Below are positions 12,748 through 26,340 of a stretch of DNA of 58,496 bases, piece by piece. The stretch comes from Spirogloea muscicola (Eukaryota), in the NCBI GenBank assembly GCA_009602725.1, contig WELB01000009.1, positions 218,374 through 276,869 of the forward strand. The letters run 5' to 3'. How positions within the stretch are numbered: the first letter of the stretch is position 1; the number at the start of each line of letters is the position of its first letter. A program made the position numbers and the translations under genes. Below the pieces are notes generated by a model, which was given only the letters and a program-made list of their open reading frames with translations, did not search any database and had not been told where the DNA came from.

Positions 12748-14137
12748 TATGGGCGGCCCCTCCTCTGGGGCCTGTGCCTTTGATGACGCACTTCTAACTG
12801 CTTAAGTCAAACACCATTTAAGTGTCCAAGCTCCTGCCGCAAGGCAGCAATAGGCAACTTGGATATTTGTGGTGTACCATTCTCCCTTTGCTGTACTTAC
12901 TCCTTCCTGCTTCTCCATGTCGCTGCACTTTCATCAGCAGAGTGTCCTGAATTTTAAGCAGTAGTACACTCTATCCGGCTCTCCAGTGTCAGCCAGCGCC
13001 GGCTCGCCTGCGCCTTCAGTGCAGAGTGGCATGTGTTCAGATAGCAGTTTGGCAGAGTGGTGGTGGCTCCTCGGGTATATCCATCCTGCCCACAAATTGG
13101 GGGGAAGGCTCGTTTTTTTTTCAATATTATATGCTATCAGTTGTTTCCACAAGTTGGTGCGCAAAATACTAGCTCTTTTCAGTTGGATGTAGTGGTGGGT
13201 GGCTTATGCCAGTAGACGAGGGCCTCATATGTATGTCCTCAGCGACATATTAGCGATAATGTGGCGTCGTGGTGGCTATGAGTGCCATGAAATGGTCGCC
13301 CAGGAGTCAGGTTGCCTGTTGTAATCGACATCTGCTGGAGTGAGCAACTCACACATCATATGCATCTTTGATTTGCTCGCATGCCACAATGGCTTGATTT
13401 CAGGCGGCTTCTGTGTAATCATGCAAGACTACAGATATGCAGCTGGGTGGTTTATGTTGTGGCTAAGCTTTCATCTGTGCCCCTGGACTGGCAACTCGTT
13501 TCTTTGGGCTGGCCTCCCACAGCCAGTCGATATATTCGAAGAGCCGTGTTTGGGCTGGCCGGCTTCCGACAGAGAATCAGCTCATCATGTGAAGTCGATG
13601 GCTGTGAAAAGCCAAGCTTAGCTGCCAGAGCTCCTCACGTGCTTTTCGGCCCTGAACTTAGCCTCGGATTCTAGGAAGAAGCAGCTCCTTGGAAACAGAC
13701 ATATCTCTCTCTAAAAGCATTCTCCAGTCCTTCAGGAATGGCCTCTCACAGCCACTGCCTAATCTTGGAGGAGCGATTTGTTCCAAAAAGAGGGCCACGG
13801 CTGTGGAAAGCCAGCTCACAAAAGAGTGAGCACGGGCCATTTCCGCGATCTGGTAACGGCGCCCAAGCGGAAGCCCACTGCCCGTTGGGCGGCCGCACCC
13901 TAAACAGCGACAATCGCGTCAGGCGGCGTCACCCGCCGCGCACGCCACGCGGACGGTCCGCAGCTTGACACGCGGCACGGAGAGCCCGGTCGGCGGGCCA
14001 ACGTGGCGCCCTCTGCGGCGCCCCGCGACGCGACGCCACCGGAACGGGCCCGGCTCCCACCCCACCCGCCGTTACCGTTCCGTTGGAGGACCTGCCCAGG
14101 GAGCGGCCCTGTCTCTCCCACGCCCGCACCTTCGCCC

Positions 14138-14178
<41 letters not shown>

Positions 14179-14200
14179 GCGAGCACGGCCACCTCTGGCC

Positions 14201-16379
14201 ATGGCGATACGCGCCGTGGCCTGAGGCGAGGCCTGCCTGGTCCATTGCCGCCTCGCCGGCGAGTCGCTCACGACAGCGTTGCGGGCCGCCAGGCACGGAG
14301 GCCTTCGGGCTGGCGCCGTCGACCAGCGGGCGGCCGTCGGCGCGGGCGCAGGCGGCGGAGGCCGCGGAGGAGGCGGTCATGCCCAGCGGGCGGGACTACC
14401 GCACGCTCGACATCACGTCCTTCATCCAGGACCCGCCCATGCCCCGCCTGCCTCCGGCTCAGGTACATCCAGCCACGCCATTTACTATAGCGGCGGATAG
14501 TGGATTCCAATTATCCGCCGTCTTGGTCTCCAGGCGTCGCTTACCCTCGACCAAGGGTTGTACGTTGTAAGATGCTGCCTCGCAGTGTCTCCTGTTTATG
14601 GCGGTTAGTGCTGTTATGATGGAGCACAGAGTCGCCTGCCAGTGCGAGGCTGCTGTCATGGCCGCCGTCCCGCCTGGTGACCTGAGCCCCGCCCATCTGC
14701 CTGTCCCTGACGGCCCCTGCCGCCGTCGCGTGCGCAGCTGCCGAGGAAGAACCGGGCGGACGACTCGTCGCTCAACAACCCCCTGCAGCGGCTCGAGCGC
14801 ATGGGCTGCGGCTGGCTGGCGGTGATCTTCGAGTGGGAGGGCGTGATGGTCGAGGAGGACAGCGAGATCGAGCGGCGCGCGTGGGCAGCGCTTGCCGAGG
14901 AGGAGGGCCGCCCGCAGGTACGCTGCTGCCGCTGCCACCGGGCGCTCGTCGGGCCTGCTCCATGCACCGTCGGCACTCACTGTCCTAGAAATAATCTCAG
15001 GTCTGGCTTATGTGGGAGCACTGGCTGGCTATGAGTCAAGCTGTTAGTTAACGGGTTTTTTCCATCAAGCCCATGAGTGCCATATCAGCTACTCTTCCCA
15101 CTGCTTCTGCTTATTCTGCTCGCTTGGCTTTGCGCTCGCCGGCTGGCCGGCAGCCGATGGCATTTGTGCTGCGCAAGGCGGAGGGCATGAAGAACGAGCA
15201 GGCAATCCAGGAGGTGCTGTGCTGGTCGCGCGACTTCCTGGCGGTGCGCCGCCTCGCGGCCCGCAAGGAGGAGCTGTACGAGGCGATGCAGGGCGGCTGC
15301 TACCGCCTTCGCCCGGGCGCCAGGTCTGCTTCCTTGTCTCATTCAGAAGGCATTGTACTCCTCAGCTATGTCGGCGCCAGTGTAATCAGCACGGAGCCGA
15401 CTGCCAGCTTGCATCTGCTGAGGCCCATCCTAGGTTGCTAGCCTGGTCATCAACGATAAGTCGCAGTCCTAGCTTAGATTGATTTGGATGAGCAGCTGAC
15501 GCTTTGGATCGCTTGGGTAATCGCTGCCAGTCGCCACGTTGACCAACGCTGCTAGAACATTGCTAGAATGCCTGCAAGCAAGTCCCTGCGTTGTAGCGCT
15601 GTTGAGCAAGTGTTTTCGGAGTCCATCAGGGACTTTGTGGAGACGCTCCGGAAGTACAAGCTGCCGGTGGCCGTCGTCTCCACGCGCCCAAAGAAGTACC
15701 TAGAGCGCGCCATGGAGGCAGTCGGCATGGAGGGCTTCTTCAACGTCGTGGTCGCAGCAGAAGATGTGTACCGCGGGAAGCCAGACCCGGAGATGTTCCA
15801 GGTATTGGCTTTGTGACGCAAATATCATATGATATGTAATCGCTAACAGCAGATCCAGATAGTCTGAGTTGAACTGACATTGCATCGTCATGCCCTGGCG
15901 CTTGCAGTATGCTGCGGAGCTACTGCAGTTCATCCCTGAGCGCTGCATTGTTGTCGGCAATTCCAATTCGACTGTCGAAGCTGCACATGACTCGCTCATG
16001 AAGGTCGCTACAGGCCGCCTGCATACCTACCCCCGCTGAGTTACTGAGTTGAATGCACTTTGTTGTGAGATGTCACCAAAAGCTTGGCAGATTGCAGCAG
16101 CAGTCATGTCACTAAGCTTGATTTCTGATTCTGGTATCCTGTCTTCCCCCGCAGTGCATCTGCACGACTGGGAGGCATCCTGCCTACGAGCTGAGTGCAG
16201 CAGACTTGGTCATTCGGCGACTTGACGACCTCTCCATGGTGGACCTCAAGAACCTCGCCGACCTGGACTCGCCTGAGTTCCAGGCGCCCGAGCCTGAGCC
16301 TGAGCTGGAGATGGAGCCTGAGACGGAGCAGCAGCTTGCACTCCCTGCGCTCAAGTTTCGGGACGATGACTGGCTATGA
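14201..16379 (+). CDS. PYRP2: Plastid HAD-superfamily phosphatase, PyrP2/At4g11570-like (riboflavin pathway ARPP phosphatase); start codon uncertain
   Basis: Exons ..14462, 14738-14917, 15154-15323, 15630-15801, 15908-16003, 16155-16379 give NRADDSSLNNPLQRLERMGCGWLAVIFEWEGV, KAEGMKNEQAIQEVLCWSRD, AEDVYRGKPDPEMF, PERCIVVGNSNSTVEAAHD and YELSAADLVIRRLDDLSMVDLKNLAD. Confidence 0.85.
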
Positions 16380-17612
16380 GCGACTGACGCATCCGCTCGT
16401 CATTGCAACACCGTACCTGTGCACGGGCAGCTCCATTGCAGGCCGCTTGGCCTTAGGTTTGCATCTGCATGCCGTGGCGATGTTCCTCATCAGGGGTTGA
16501 TTTGTTAATAAATAAGGCACAGTGCATGTGTTGATTGTATTATTGTATAGGTGATGTCAGAACATTGTGTCAGAATAATTTCACTCCAGAAGGGCGTGAA
16601 CGCCCGCATTGTGTACATATATACAAACATTTTTACTCAGCAAAGCGCAGAGCCTGTGCCAAAATTTGTAAGTCCACTTTCGAGTCTAGCTTCAGGTCTC
16701 TCCTTACACCTGGTGGTGAGATGGGAACTAGGACTACGTACTGTGGTTGCAATGCAATGCTTCTTCCCACCAGTTTGCATGCATTCTCTACATCCTAGGC
16801 TGCTGTTGATTCTTCTAACTCAAGGTAGGGTGTCCATAATGTGACCCACACTTTAATCAATGCATCTGAAGCACAGGGGGGCTAGCAGTGATGAGTAAGG
16901 GGCTACAGCCACCGTAGGTCGCCGCAGACGGATGATAAGGCTATAGCAGGATGAATGCGTTAACTGTCTCTCTGACATGCGCTACAAAGCTTGCACTTTA
17001 AAAAAAAGCTCTGAAACTTACAGTCAAGACGTGGATGCACACTTTAAAATGTTCCTGTCAGCAAGCAGCGGTTGTTGATGTGCATGTCCTCACACAGCGT
17101 TCCAGGCAGAAGTTACTTGCAAGGACATGGAAGCAGCCTTGTGTGGTCAATAAGGTATGGCAGCAGGGAGACCTCAGCGATCCTCAGCAGCAGTTCAACT
17201 TCTTATATGCACTCGTGTTTGTGTTATCATGACTTTCAGTAATTCATCACAACAGAGAACCAATCTTCAAACTTTGTAAGATATTGACAGTATACAGGAT
17301 ACTGTATACAGTATACAATTTTCAGCTTCTGGTATGCAATTTAACCATGAATCTAGACGTTTATGGTCGAAGTGGCACAGTGAGGCGCATTGACTCAGGG
17401 CCCATGACACAACGTACTTATTAAGAAAGTTGCAAGCTCGCAGCAACATGATCACAAATGTGCCAAGGAAGTGAGAAACACTTCGAGCTGAGAGCGGAGT
17501 AGAGGTTCAAACAACACAATCTTCTCCAAGCACTGGCAAACAGCTAACACTACATTCTGTCTCGTACATAAGTACTACGTTTCTTACATAAGTACTAAGT
17601 TGGAAGTAGAAA

Positions 17613-20600
17613 TCATGTCCTTCCACTTTCTCTCAACCTCCTGTCGAAGTCAGCAGCGTCGACATCTTGCTCTGACACCTCCTTCTCTGTGGAATATATG
17701 ATGCGGTCACTGCCAATCTCCAATCGCTCGGCCTTCTTACGAGCATTGATCAGCTGAGCAAGTAGCCACACAACAACAGGACTTCAGAACCAACCAAACA
17801 CACAATGTGGTCTTTGAGCATCTCAGTGGCCTTCTGCCACTTGCATGAATTAAGCTCAGCCGGCAAGTGAAGATGGCAAGCTCCTGTGAGAAACAAGGCT
17901 TGCAAGACATACTGGCACCTTGACAGGATCTTTGCATGATAAGTGCATACTTAGTGAGCATTGAAATCGCGCTTGCAGGACTTGCCTTGCGTCGCAGCTC
18001 CGGCGTGGGCCGGCCTACAGACACAGCTCGCTGGACTCTGCTGTCATTTCTTGCCTTTATCTTCTCGTTCCTTCTCTGCAAGAACAGCCATCGTATGGCC
18101 GGGATGGCAAAGAAAGAGCCTGCATATGCCTGCAAACGAGTGTACCGAAATAGAGATATGTAAAGTCACAGAAAAGTTCTGAGAAACTGTCTTATTGCTG
18201 CAGCAGAACGCAGAATGTAGGTACTGACACAGAGTACCAATGCAGCTATGAAAAGTAGCTAGTTACAGCAACCCTCTTATCTCATATTGTCACGAGCAGG
18301 ATGGAAGAGGCACGACACATACTCACAGCTGGGCATAGCACTAATTACCTGTAGGAATGGCAGAGACCTGGAGACAAAGCCTACCAATCCAGAGCCTATT
18401 TCCCGGGCCACCTGAGGATCTCTGCACTTGTTGATGCAGTGTTAGCTGTTAATCACGGAGGTCATGAGAAGGGCGTGATCTAACAAGACGTCAATTGACA
18501 CTTGACGAATATACGGCTCATTTTATTGTGATAGGACAGGGTAAGAGGAGGGGGTGCAATAATGTGCAACCTAAAGAAGAGAAGGTGAAACCATGGATAT
18601 ACATCATGGTTGCTCGTAAAGTCTGCAGAAGGATTTGGCTCAAGGTGCTCAAGATCTTGTACACAAATATCTAAATTTCTGCACGAGATGCTGCACACCT
18701 AAGAAGGCCGCCAACAATGAGCACTCCTGCAAGATTGACTGCACCGAGCCCAATGGCCAAAGCCTGCTGAGATCCAGCAGCCTCACTGTAGACAGGGCAG
18801 ATGAAGGCATATAGAGGAAAATATCAGATTCTAAAGAGCCCTTGAAGCCAAGGAGGTCTACTTGCTACAGTACGTCTATAACGTCAATGCCAGCCACAAT
18901 CAGTGTCAGAAGTGTTCCCCCTTCCCGAGCATGGCAATACAGGACTCTTATGTCCGGCTAGTATAGTATGCTACGACCAATGACAGAGAGTATTATTGTC
19001 ACCTGAACTTCCACTGCTTCTCTAGAAAGAAGGGCCGCTGATCCTCAAGCTCTTCGCTAGGCTCTTCGCCAGGTCTGCCTTGAAGCCTGCGTTTGAGAGC
19101 ACCAAACCAGCCTCGATCCTTGGCAGTCCTCTGCAAGGAGGGGAAGCGGTACAGTATATGTCCCTGCAAAGTGCTCACACGGAGGTTTGGGGTCATCCGT
19201 AAGCATTACTCTTGCGGAGGCATAGCTGTATGAATAATATTCCGATAAGGACCTTGACAATGATGTACAGCACAAGTGTTAACTGGTATGCCAATATAGA
19301 GATCTTGAGCACGGGCAAAGCTTGTCCAATGTAGCTACCTCTTCGTCGACTTCAGGATGGCCATCCAACCTTTGTAGTACAGGAAGCATGTACGACTCGT
19401 CGTCCTGCCAGCCCACAACTTTCCATACGTTCAACGAAGACTTGCAAGGTGACTTCAGTGCTCATGTCTCTATTCTTTACAGCAATCAAAGCCCTTTCCA
19501 CCTAAGTCCAAACCTCCTTCATGACATCCTTTGCCGAGCAATGTCTTGCCTAAAGAGCAGCACAGCAAGAACCACATGACTTGTACTTTACGCACCTGTG
19601 CATCAGGGTTAAGCTGGGGTGGATCCAGGAAAGGTGCTAACTCTTCGGCTGTCACCACACCACCTTGCTTTGTGATGTAGTCTCCGATCTGCAACTCAAT
19701 GGGTTCAATGCAGATGACATCAACTGCATGGACAAATTTGCAGCAGCTGAGAGCATACATTTAGGCCACATCTGGTACTGAAGAATCTAGACGTGTTCTA
19801 TATCTAGCACAGGCTTGCAGCAACTAGCACACCTTCCTCCATCTCTGGGCCTCCATGCCCTGGTTGGGGTCACCATCTCCAAAGACGAAGGAGAACACCT
19901 GGTAACCATGCCGCCAGATGCCAATGCCAAAGCGTCAATATCAGATGTGACACCTTCAAGCCATGGCAAGAATGGTGCCACTATCGACAACAAAAAGTAG
20001 TTGGCTGTGCCAAGCATTGCTAGAAGGAGCAACAACAAAAAGGATGAGCCAAACAGCTTACAGCTTCAAAGAAGTTCAAGCCTTTCTTCTCCCGCAACTT
20101 TGCTCTCATGTTGCGGTTGTAATTTGGATTCCAATACCTGAAGAAAAGGCGGAATCAATCAATGCAAGAAAGTCAATATGGTCCGCTGCTGGACGTGCAG
20201 CCATGGACAATGCGATGACAGTGCACCACATGATGAGGAGCAAGAAGTGTACAAACTCACCAGAACATGTCTAATGGACTTATGTAAAAGCTAGGCCCAT
20301 AGGAGACTCTCGGGCCTGCATAGTAGCCTCCTCCATATCCTCCACGCTGATTTCGGTTGTCTTGTTCGCTGCTGTTAGCGTCATTGCCATGTCCAATAAA
20401 GTCAGCAGTGCTACTTGACATAGAACACATCAGCTAGTGTCTGCAAAAGCATCACATGCATCCATCGCTCATTCAGTGCACATGCTGCTACTGCTGCAGG
20501 AGTGTATGGTGTGGGTCACCTGGAAGCCTGTGCTTACCTGCGTGCAGAGGACAGGAGTACAAATATGGTTGTGTAGACCAGAGCAATTGACGCCAGTAGA

Positions 20601-21731
20601 GTCGTCCCAAAGGAGACGCGAAGAAGGTACTCTGCCGCCCCCTGGCTCAACTCATCAGCAACACAGGACTCCAGCAAGGTCAGACGCCACCTAACGGCCA
20701 CCCTGGCTGCCTCAAGTGCATGGGCCAACACTAACTACTCCACATCAGGTGTGTTGATAGGTTGCGTCAGGATCAGCAAAGGAGGGACCTGCAACACGCG
20801 AATCTTAGGCAGCTCAGAGGAATGTTGGTTGACCAGACCTGAATCTGCTTAATTAGCGGCTGGAATTTGAGCCACAGAGACTTCTGGTTGAGGATGGCCT
20901 GGAAGTTCTTGGGGAGGACGTACAGCACGTCGCCCTCGTCAGACACCTGCAGGCTCCTCCATCACCATGAGCGTCACAAGCACGTGGCTGACCACTCTGC
21001 TCAGCGCACATGGGCTGTAGCAATGGTGTATGCCCAGAGTTGGCAAATCAAGAATCTGACAAGAGCTTGAAGGATAAGCCTCATGTGACTCAAGCCTTAT
21101 GTCAGTTTAGCTCATGAGAGTGAGTTGGTTGATGGCCTTGCTGCAGTCTGGTGCCGCGCACCTCAAGGAAGCCCTGAGCATCCGCAGCGAGAGCTCTGAG
21201 GGCGCTCTCGGCCTCGCTGAGCTTCAGCCCCGCCGCCGCCGCGACGTCGCCGACCGTCACCCGCCCTCCCAGGTCCGACACCGCGGCTATCGCGCTGTCT
21301 CGCACGGCAGGCGGGAGCGCGTCCACCTCGTTGCGCAGCCCCAGCTTGAGCTCCGGCATGTCCCGCTCGGCCTCCTGGAACGGCGGCAGCGGCCGCGAGG
21401 CAGCCCGCTCCAGCTGCCGCTCGCGCTCCGGCTCCGCCTGGTACCGGCTCTGGACGGTGAGGCCAACCTTGCCACCGTTGTAGACGGCCACTCGCGACGT
21501 CCCGAGGCTGTCGCTAGAGCTCAACTGAGTGCCGCCAATGGAGGACCGCCAGGCTCCGAGGCGGACGACGGCTGCCGGCCTGCCTCCCGCGCCCCTGCGC
21601 CTGCCGTGGACGGCCACCGCCAGCGGCGACGCCTGCGGCCGGCGCGGCTCGAAGCTGGTGACGCGGCCGTCTCGCCGGGCGAGCGGCAGCGGCGGCGCTG
21701 CCAGCCGCAGCGGGAAGGCGGCCGAGGCCAT
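17613..21731 (-). CDS. Conserved uncharacterised chloroplast membrane protein, At5g03900-like
   Basis: About 13 exons. Transit-peptide-like start MASAAFPLR, then GGRVTVGDVAAAAGLKLSEAESALRALAADAQGFLEVSDEGDVLYVLP, YLLRVSFGTTLLASI, FSFVFGDGDPNQG, GGVVTAEELAPFLDPP, DESYMLPVLQRLDGHPEVDE and YAGSFFAIPAIRW. Stop TGA at 17613-17615. Confidence 0.85.
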
Positions 21732-21803
21732 GCTGGCGTGGCCGCGGAAGCGAGAGGGCGGGCTACGCTGGCGGCGGAGGCGCCGTCGCCCGCGCCGCTT
21801 ACT

Positions 21804-21834
<31 letters not shown>

Positions 21835-22572
21835 GTGCTGGCGCTGGGAGAATGACGGGGGTGAGGGAGGTGTCGTGGCGGGCTCACTGAGGCCTCCACG
21901 TGGCAGGCTCTTCGGGATGGGCCCGACGGGACGACTGGTGGACGACGGTGGCAGACTCGCGTCGTTTCGCGCGCCCACCGTAAACGAAGCTGGCTTGCTT
22001 ACCGCTGTGTACACAGCTTTGGGCTGGCGTCTCACAGCCATTGCCTTACGTTGAGAGAGCTGTTTCTTCTATTGGGTACTGCTTGTGGGTCTTGCCAGAG
22101 TGCCTCTTTTCCAGCTGCAAGTACTCCAACTTGCGGCTTCTTACTCGGCCCATTCACTGTGGTCTCTTGCATAGCTGTGTGATTGCTTACCCTGCTTACC
22201 CTGCAAGCTGCAAGTGGCTCGCCCACATGGGACCCCAAGGGGCCGTTGAGGTTCCTAGACACTGGCTTCCCACGGGACCGATTGGAGACATACTGACACA
22301 ATGCCCTGGGAGATGCCGTTCCCTGCGCCCCAACGGAGCTGCGTGTTCACCGTAAACACTTCGGCTGCACTGTGCTTCACCTCTCGAAGTACTTGAATGC
22401 TGGAAAAGGATTTTTTGCCTGCTCACCACTGAAGGGCGTGCACAGCAAGGCTGCACGGTCCGCAAGTGAGCAAGCACTCAATTACAACAGAGTTTTTTCT
22501 GCTATCACTACAGCTACAGAAGGCAAATGTTGACTGTTTAAGTGTTCAGCGCTAATGTGCTGGCTGGCGTTT

Positions 22573-25500
22573 CTACTTGCCAGCACCTCCAAGGCGGAGG
22601 GCCTGGAGGATGCGGCCCCCGCCAGGAGAAGGGTGAGGACCATCATACTTGCCCAGCTGCACGCAAATATGAAACAATGCCATATTCAGATATTAGTAAC
22701 TACTGACCACCAACTAGAGAAGCACCAGGAAGAGATGATCTGTATCAAACGGTACTGCACTGTAAACAGTAAACAGAGGCTACTATTTTGTGGGGAATGC
22801 AAACCTGGGCTTCAGAGTTGGCCTTTGCTAGTGCTACGAGCCGAGTCTGAGCTGCTTCTCGATTTTCCTCCTACTCCAATATCATGTATTGTTAAGAACC
22901 AGTACTCTTTTAGAGCAAGCAATGGGTGCAAGCAAGCAATAGCAACAGCAAGGAGACACAGCAAGCAAGCAATAGCAAGAATATGTTGCCACAAATAAGT
23001 ACCATGTAGTGCTCCTTGGCTAGAGATGTGGTTTACAGTTTAGGATTTAGGGTTTAGGGTTTCTCCTCACGGAGTACATGAACCCGTGCAGCGCTGTGAA
23101 TGCATGCATGTAGGAGTTGCTCTTACCTTGCCAGCCCAGATTTTCAGTGTGCTCGATTGAAGAGCGCGTCCATAGGAGAATGTGAGGGCCCATGGTTGCG
23201 GACCAAATGCCTGGAGTGTAAAGGCGTGTGTGCAGTCATCAGGAGAAGGGGCAGTGGCCAATTCATGACCATGACTAGCTGTGCATGATCAGCAAAGTAG
23301 ACAGACACGTATGTGTTCACTTGCTCTACCAACTCACCTGCAGTGCATTCAGATTGAGTGTTGCTTCCTCTTCGCTCATCCCGCCCGATAAAAAGTGAAT
23401 GCCTGCAGGCACAAATAATAGCATCGTCTTATAAGCAAGAAAGGAAGACTTTACTTGTACAGAAGTAGGCAGGGCAAACAAGTCCATCTTTGAGTTCCTG
23501 CTCGTGTGGTGCATGTACCAGGCACGGCAGCTGGAACTGATCGCCTCATTGTTCGGACGGTGTAAGCTGCAACTTCTTGTGGTGGAGGAGTCGGGACATC
23601 AAGGCCTGACAAGGGGCTCAGAGACAACATGACTGAGTACTTTCGACGTGTATGACAATGTGAGATTTCTCCCTTCTCTGCATTAGACAGGTGCAGCATC
23701 ACGAGGCAGGAGCACGTCGACCACAATGCACCTGGCAAGATCATGTTGGGCTTGAGCAAGATACCCTCCAGCATGACACTGCAAAGAGCGAATAGTTGAG
23801 GGTGTGAGCAATCTCTTCAGTATTGTCTTTGTACTATGATGTTAGGAGCCGCACACTCCAGAATGGTTGATCGGTTAAGTACTGAACTTGAACTTGCACA
23901 AGAGTCCAGGATGCATGTATGACATATTACAGAGTGCTTAAGCAAGAAACTGACGATTCTGCCAACACAAGGAGAATGTTGGCGCTTGTCATACTTGTAC
24001 TCATTCAGTAGCCGAAAAACGTGGGAGTTCACCATCTCAGACACATAAGCCGTCCTCTCAATGCTGCGAGCGGAGCAGCATAATACATATCACCATCAAG
24101 TTTACCTAACAAAGAATTCACATTTGCATGTGCAGACCTTGACACATGCTGCATGAGCAAGTAGAGCTACACACTTGGAGGTATAGGCAAGACCTGTAGT
24201 CGCCATCACCAAGAGTCACTTCTGGCTCCACTATTGGCACAAGGCCATTGGCCTGCCACAAAGACACCATGGTACCAGATTAACACTGCTACCACAATCC
24301 TAAAGGACCTGTAGGGCAAGTCTTGAATGCAGAACACTTGCCAGCAGGTTGTCAGTGCAAACTCTTATAGAGAGCTGATATTGACTCAGCAAGCTCAGAG
24401 GGCTGCCAATATCTGCCTGTGACTGCCTTGGCCGCGACTTGAGGAGAAAAAGAAAGGGGTGGGCGGGGGGNNNNNNNNGGGGGGGGTGGGGGGGGGGTAA
24501 AGGGGGGGGTTTTTAGATTTAAGATTTGGTTTAGCAGGGCACCACAGCGACACAAACAAACCTGGCAAATGAGAGCGTAGCGAGCCAGCCCATGGCAGTT
24601 CTCCACAACTGCAACGGAAGAGGGGCAAGTGGTTGCGTCCACCTTGATGACAGCTCGCCACTTGGCAAATCTGGCCCCTTGCTGATAATACCTGCTCCCA
24701 GAAGGCTACAGTTGAAGGTATGGTGCTTGAAAGAGGACACCCTCATACGTAGTGCAGCATCTCATAGATCTCAAAGTCCATTGCCTTGTGATCACCTCTT
24801 GCAGCGATCAGCGAGGCCGTCAAGGCCCTGGGTAGCTGTCTCCCCATCAGTGCCGTCAATTGGCTGCAGCCCTGTGTCGACCTTTATACCTGGGACAATT
24901 CCTTGCTCCTTCAGAATGTCCACAAACGGTTTGCCTTCACTTGACGACTGGAAGAGTGTCTCATCGAACATGATCGTGCCGCTTATGTACTGCAGCCACC
25001 AGCAATGTCATTAGCCTCTTGATGTGATCTCAGGCGGTGGCTACTAAGGTGGCTACAAAGTGAGATACGCCTATCACCCTACTGCTTCAACTTTTGTTTG
25101 AGCAGCTTCAAGAAGGACTCTAAAAATGTCTAAGCTGATGACAGCTATAAGCCATGCACGCACGATCTGAGCCTCATCAAAAGCTTGGACTGTATATGCA
25201 CGTGTGTTTTCATGCTTTTTCCAAAGGCAGACGTGAAGCACCAGCTCATCAGATTCCATCTTCTACAGTTTGACAATGAGGACATTGCTGGCCAAGTCCA
25301 AATGGCAGTAGCAGCCTCTGGATCTGCAATTATCGCAGATTACATACATTCCCAAGGCCAGGAGCGCTGTACAGAAGATCTCTCCAATCCCGTCGATTCT
25401 CCTCGGTGTTCTCAACTCCAACTGAGGCGAGCCTGCTTGGTTGACCAATACAGCTAGTTACCTCATCCATCACCAGGGGATGCTGCTCTAATGGCCTTGC

Positions 25501-26125
25501 AAGGCCATTTAGAACATGACTGAGCGGTGATTGCAGTGTAGCTTGCCAACTTACGGCGATCAGCTGCTCTGATCAAGTCAGCATTGGCAGATCAACCCAC
25601 AGCTTGGATAGGGCGTGCGCACCTCTTGCCGGTGGTGGCATTGCTCTCGTCGGAGGCAAGTATGCCCTTGCCGGCCTGGCAAATGTACGCGGCTGTGCAC
25701 TTGAGCTCGTCGGCGTAGGGGTTGGTGCGCTCGAAGTCGGAGGTCATCACCGTGGCACCCCGCTGCCCCGCTCGTCGGCGGTGCCGCCACACCGCGCGGC
25801 TGTGAGTCGGCCTGCGCGCGGCGCCGCCATTGGATCCGAAGAACGCCGACGCCGACAGCGAAGGGGTCTCCTGCTGTCCTGTTGGCAGCACGGGAGCGGG
25901 AACAAGAGCTCACGTTGAGTGGCAAACCGAGTGCCATTGAATATGAGACGCATCAGTCTATAGCTGCTGCCACGTAACGCAGCCGCGATGCAGAAGATCC
26001 GTGATCTGTGGCGCCGTCGACGGCGGCTGGCGGCTGCGCCGGCATCGACAGCGCGTACCACTGCTGGGGAGGCCGCGTGAGACGGCCGCCAATGTAGTGC
26101 CGCACGGCACCACAAGAGCAGCCAT
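22573..26125 (-). CDS. FBA: Class I fructose-bisphosphate aldolase with plastid transit peptide
   Basis: Exon 1 (26125-26059) joins exon 2 (25878-25623) in phase. Motifs [30 protein letters not shown], Schiff-base [31 protein letters not shown] and [13 protein letters not shown]. Last exon [27 protein letters not shown]. Confidence 0.93.
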
Positions 26126-26340
26126 CACTGCGACGGCTGGTGGTCTGCCAATGCCGCTTTGCCGTCTCTTCTGCGGAGGCCGACGGCGTCCAAGGCGGCG
26201 GCGGCGGCTGCGGCGGCGGCCGGCGGCGGCGTCAGGCGGGTGTTGGCCACGAGCCTCACGACAGCTCCAGTCGGCCGCGTCACGCGGCTGTCGGTGGCAT
26301 CCGGGCGCTTCCCAGGTTGTTCTCCGACAGCTAAACACAG

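Noticed and set aside
14822..14845. HAD motif I reading FEWEG rather than DxD as a novelty
   Set aside because: This substitution is characteristic of the PyrP2/At4g11570 family.
25913..25937. ATG at 25937 as the FBA start
   Set aside because: It needs a ~40-nt intron. The upstream exon 26125-26059 splices in phase and gives a better transit peptide.
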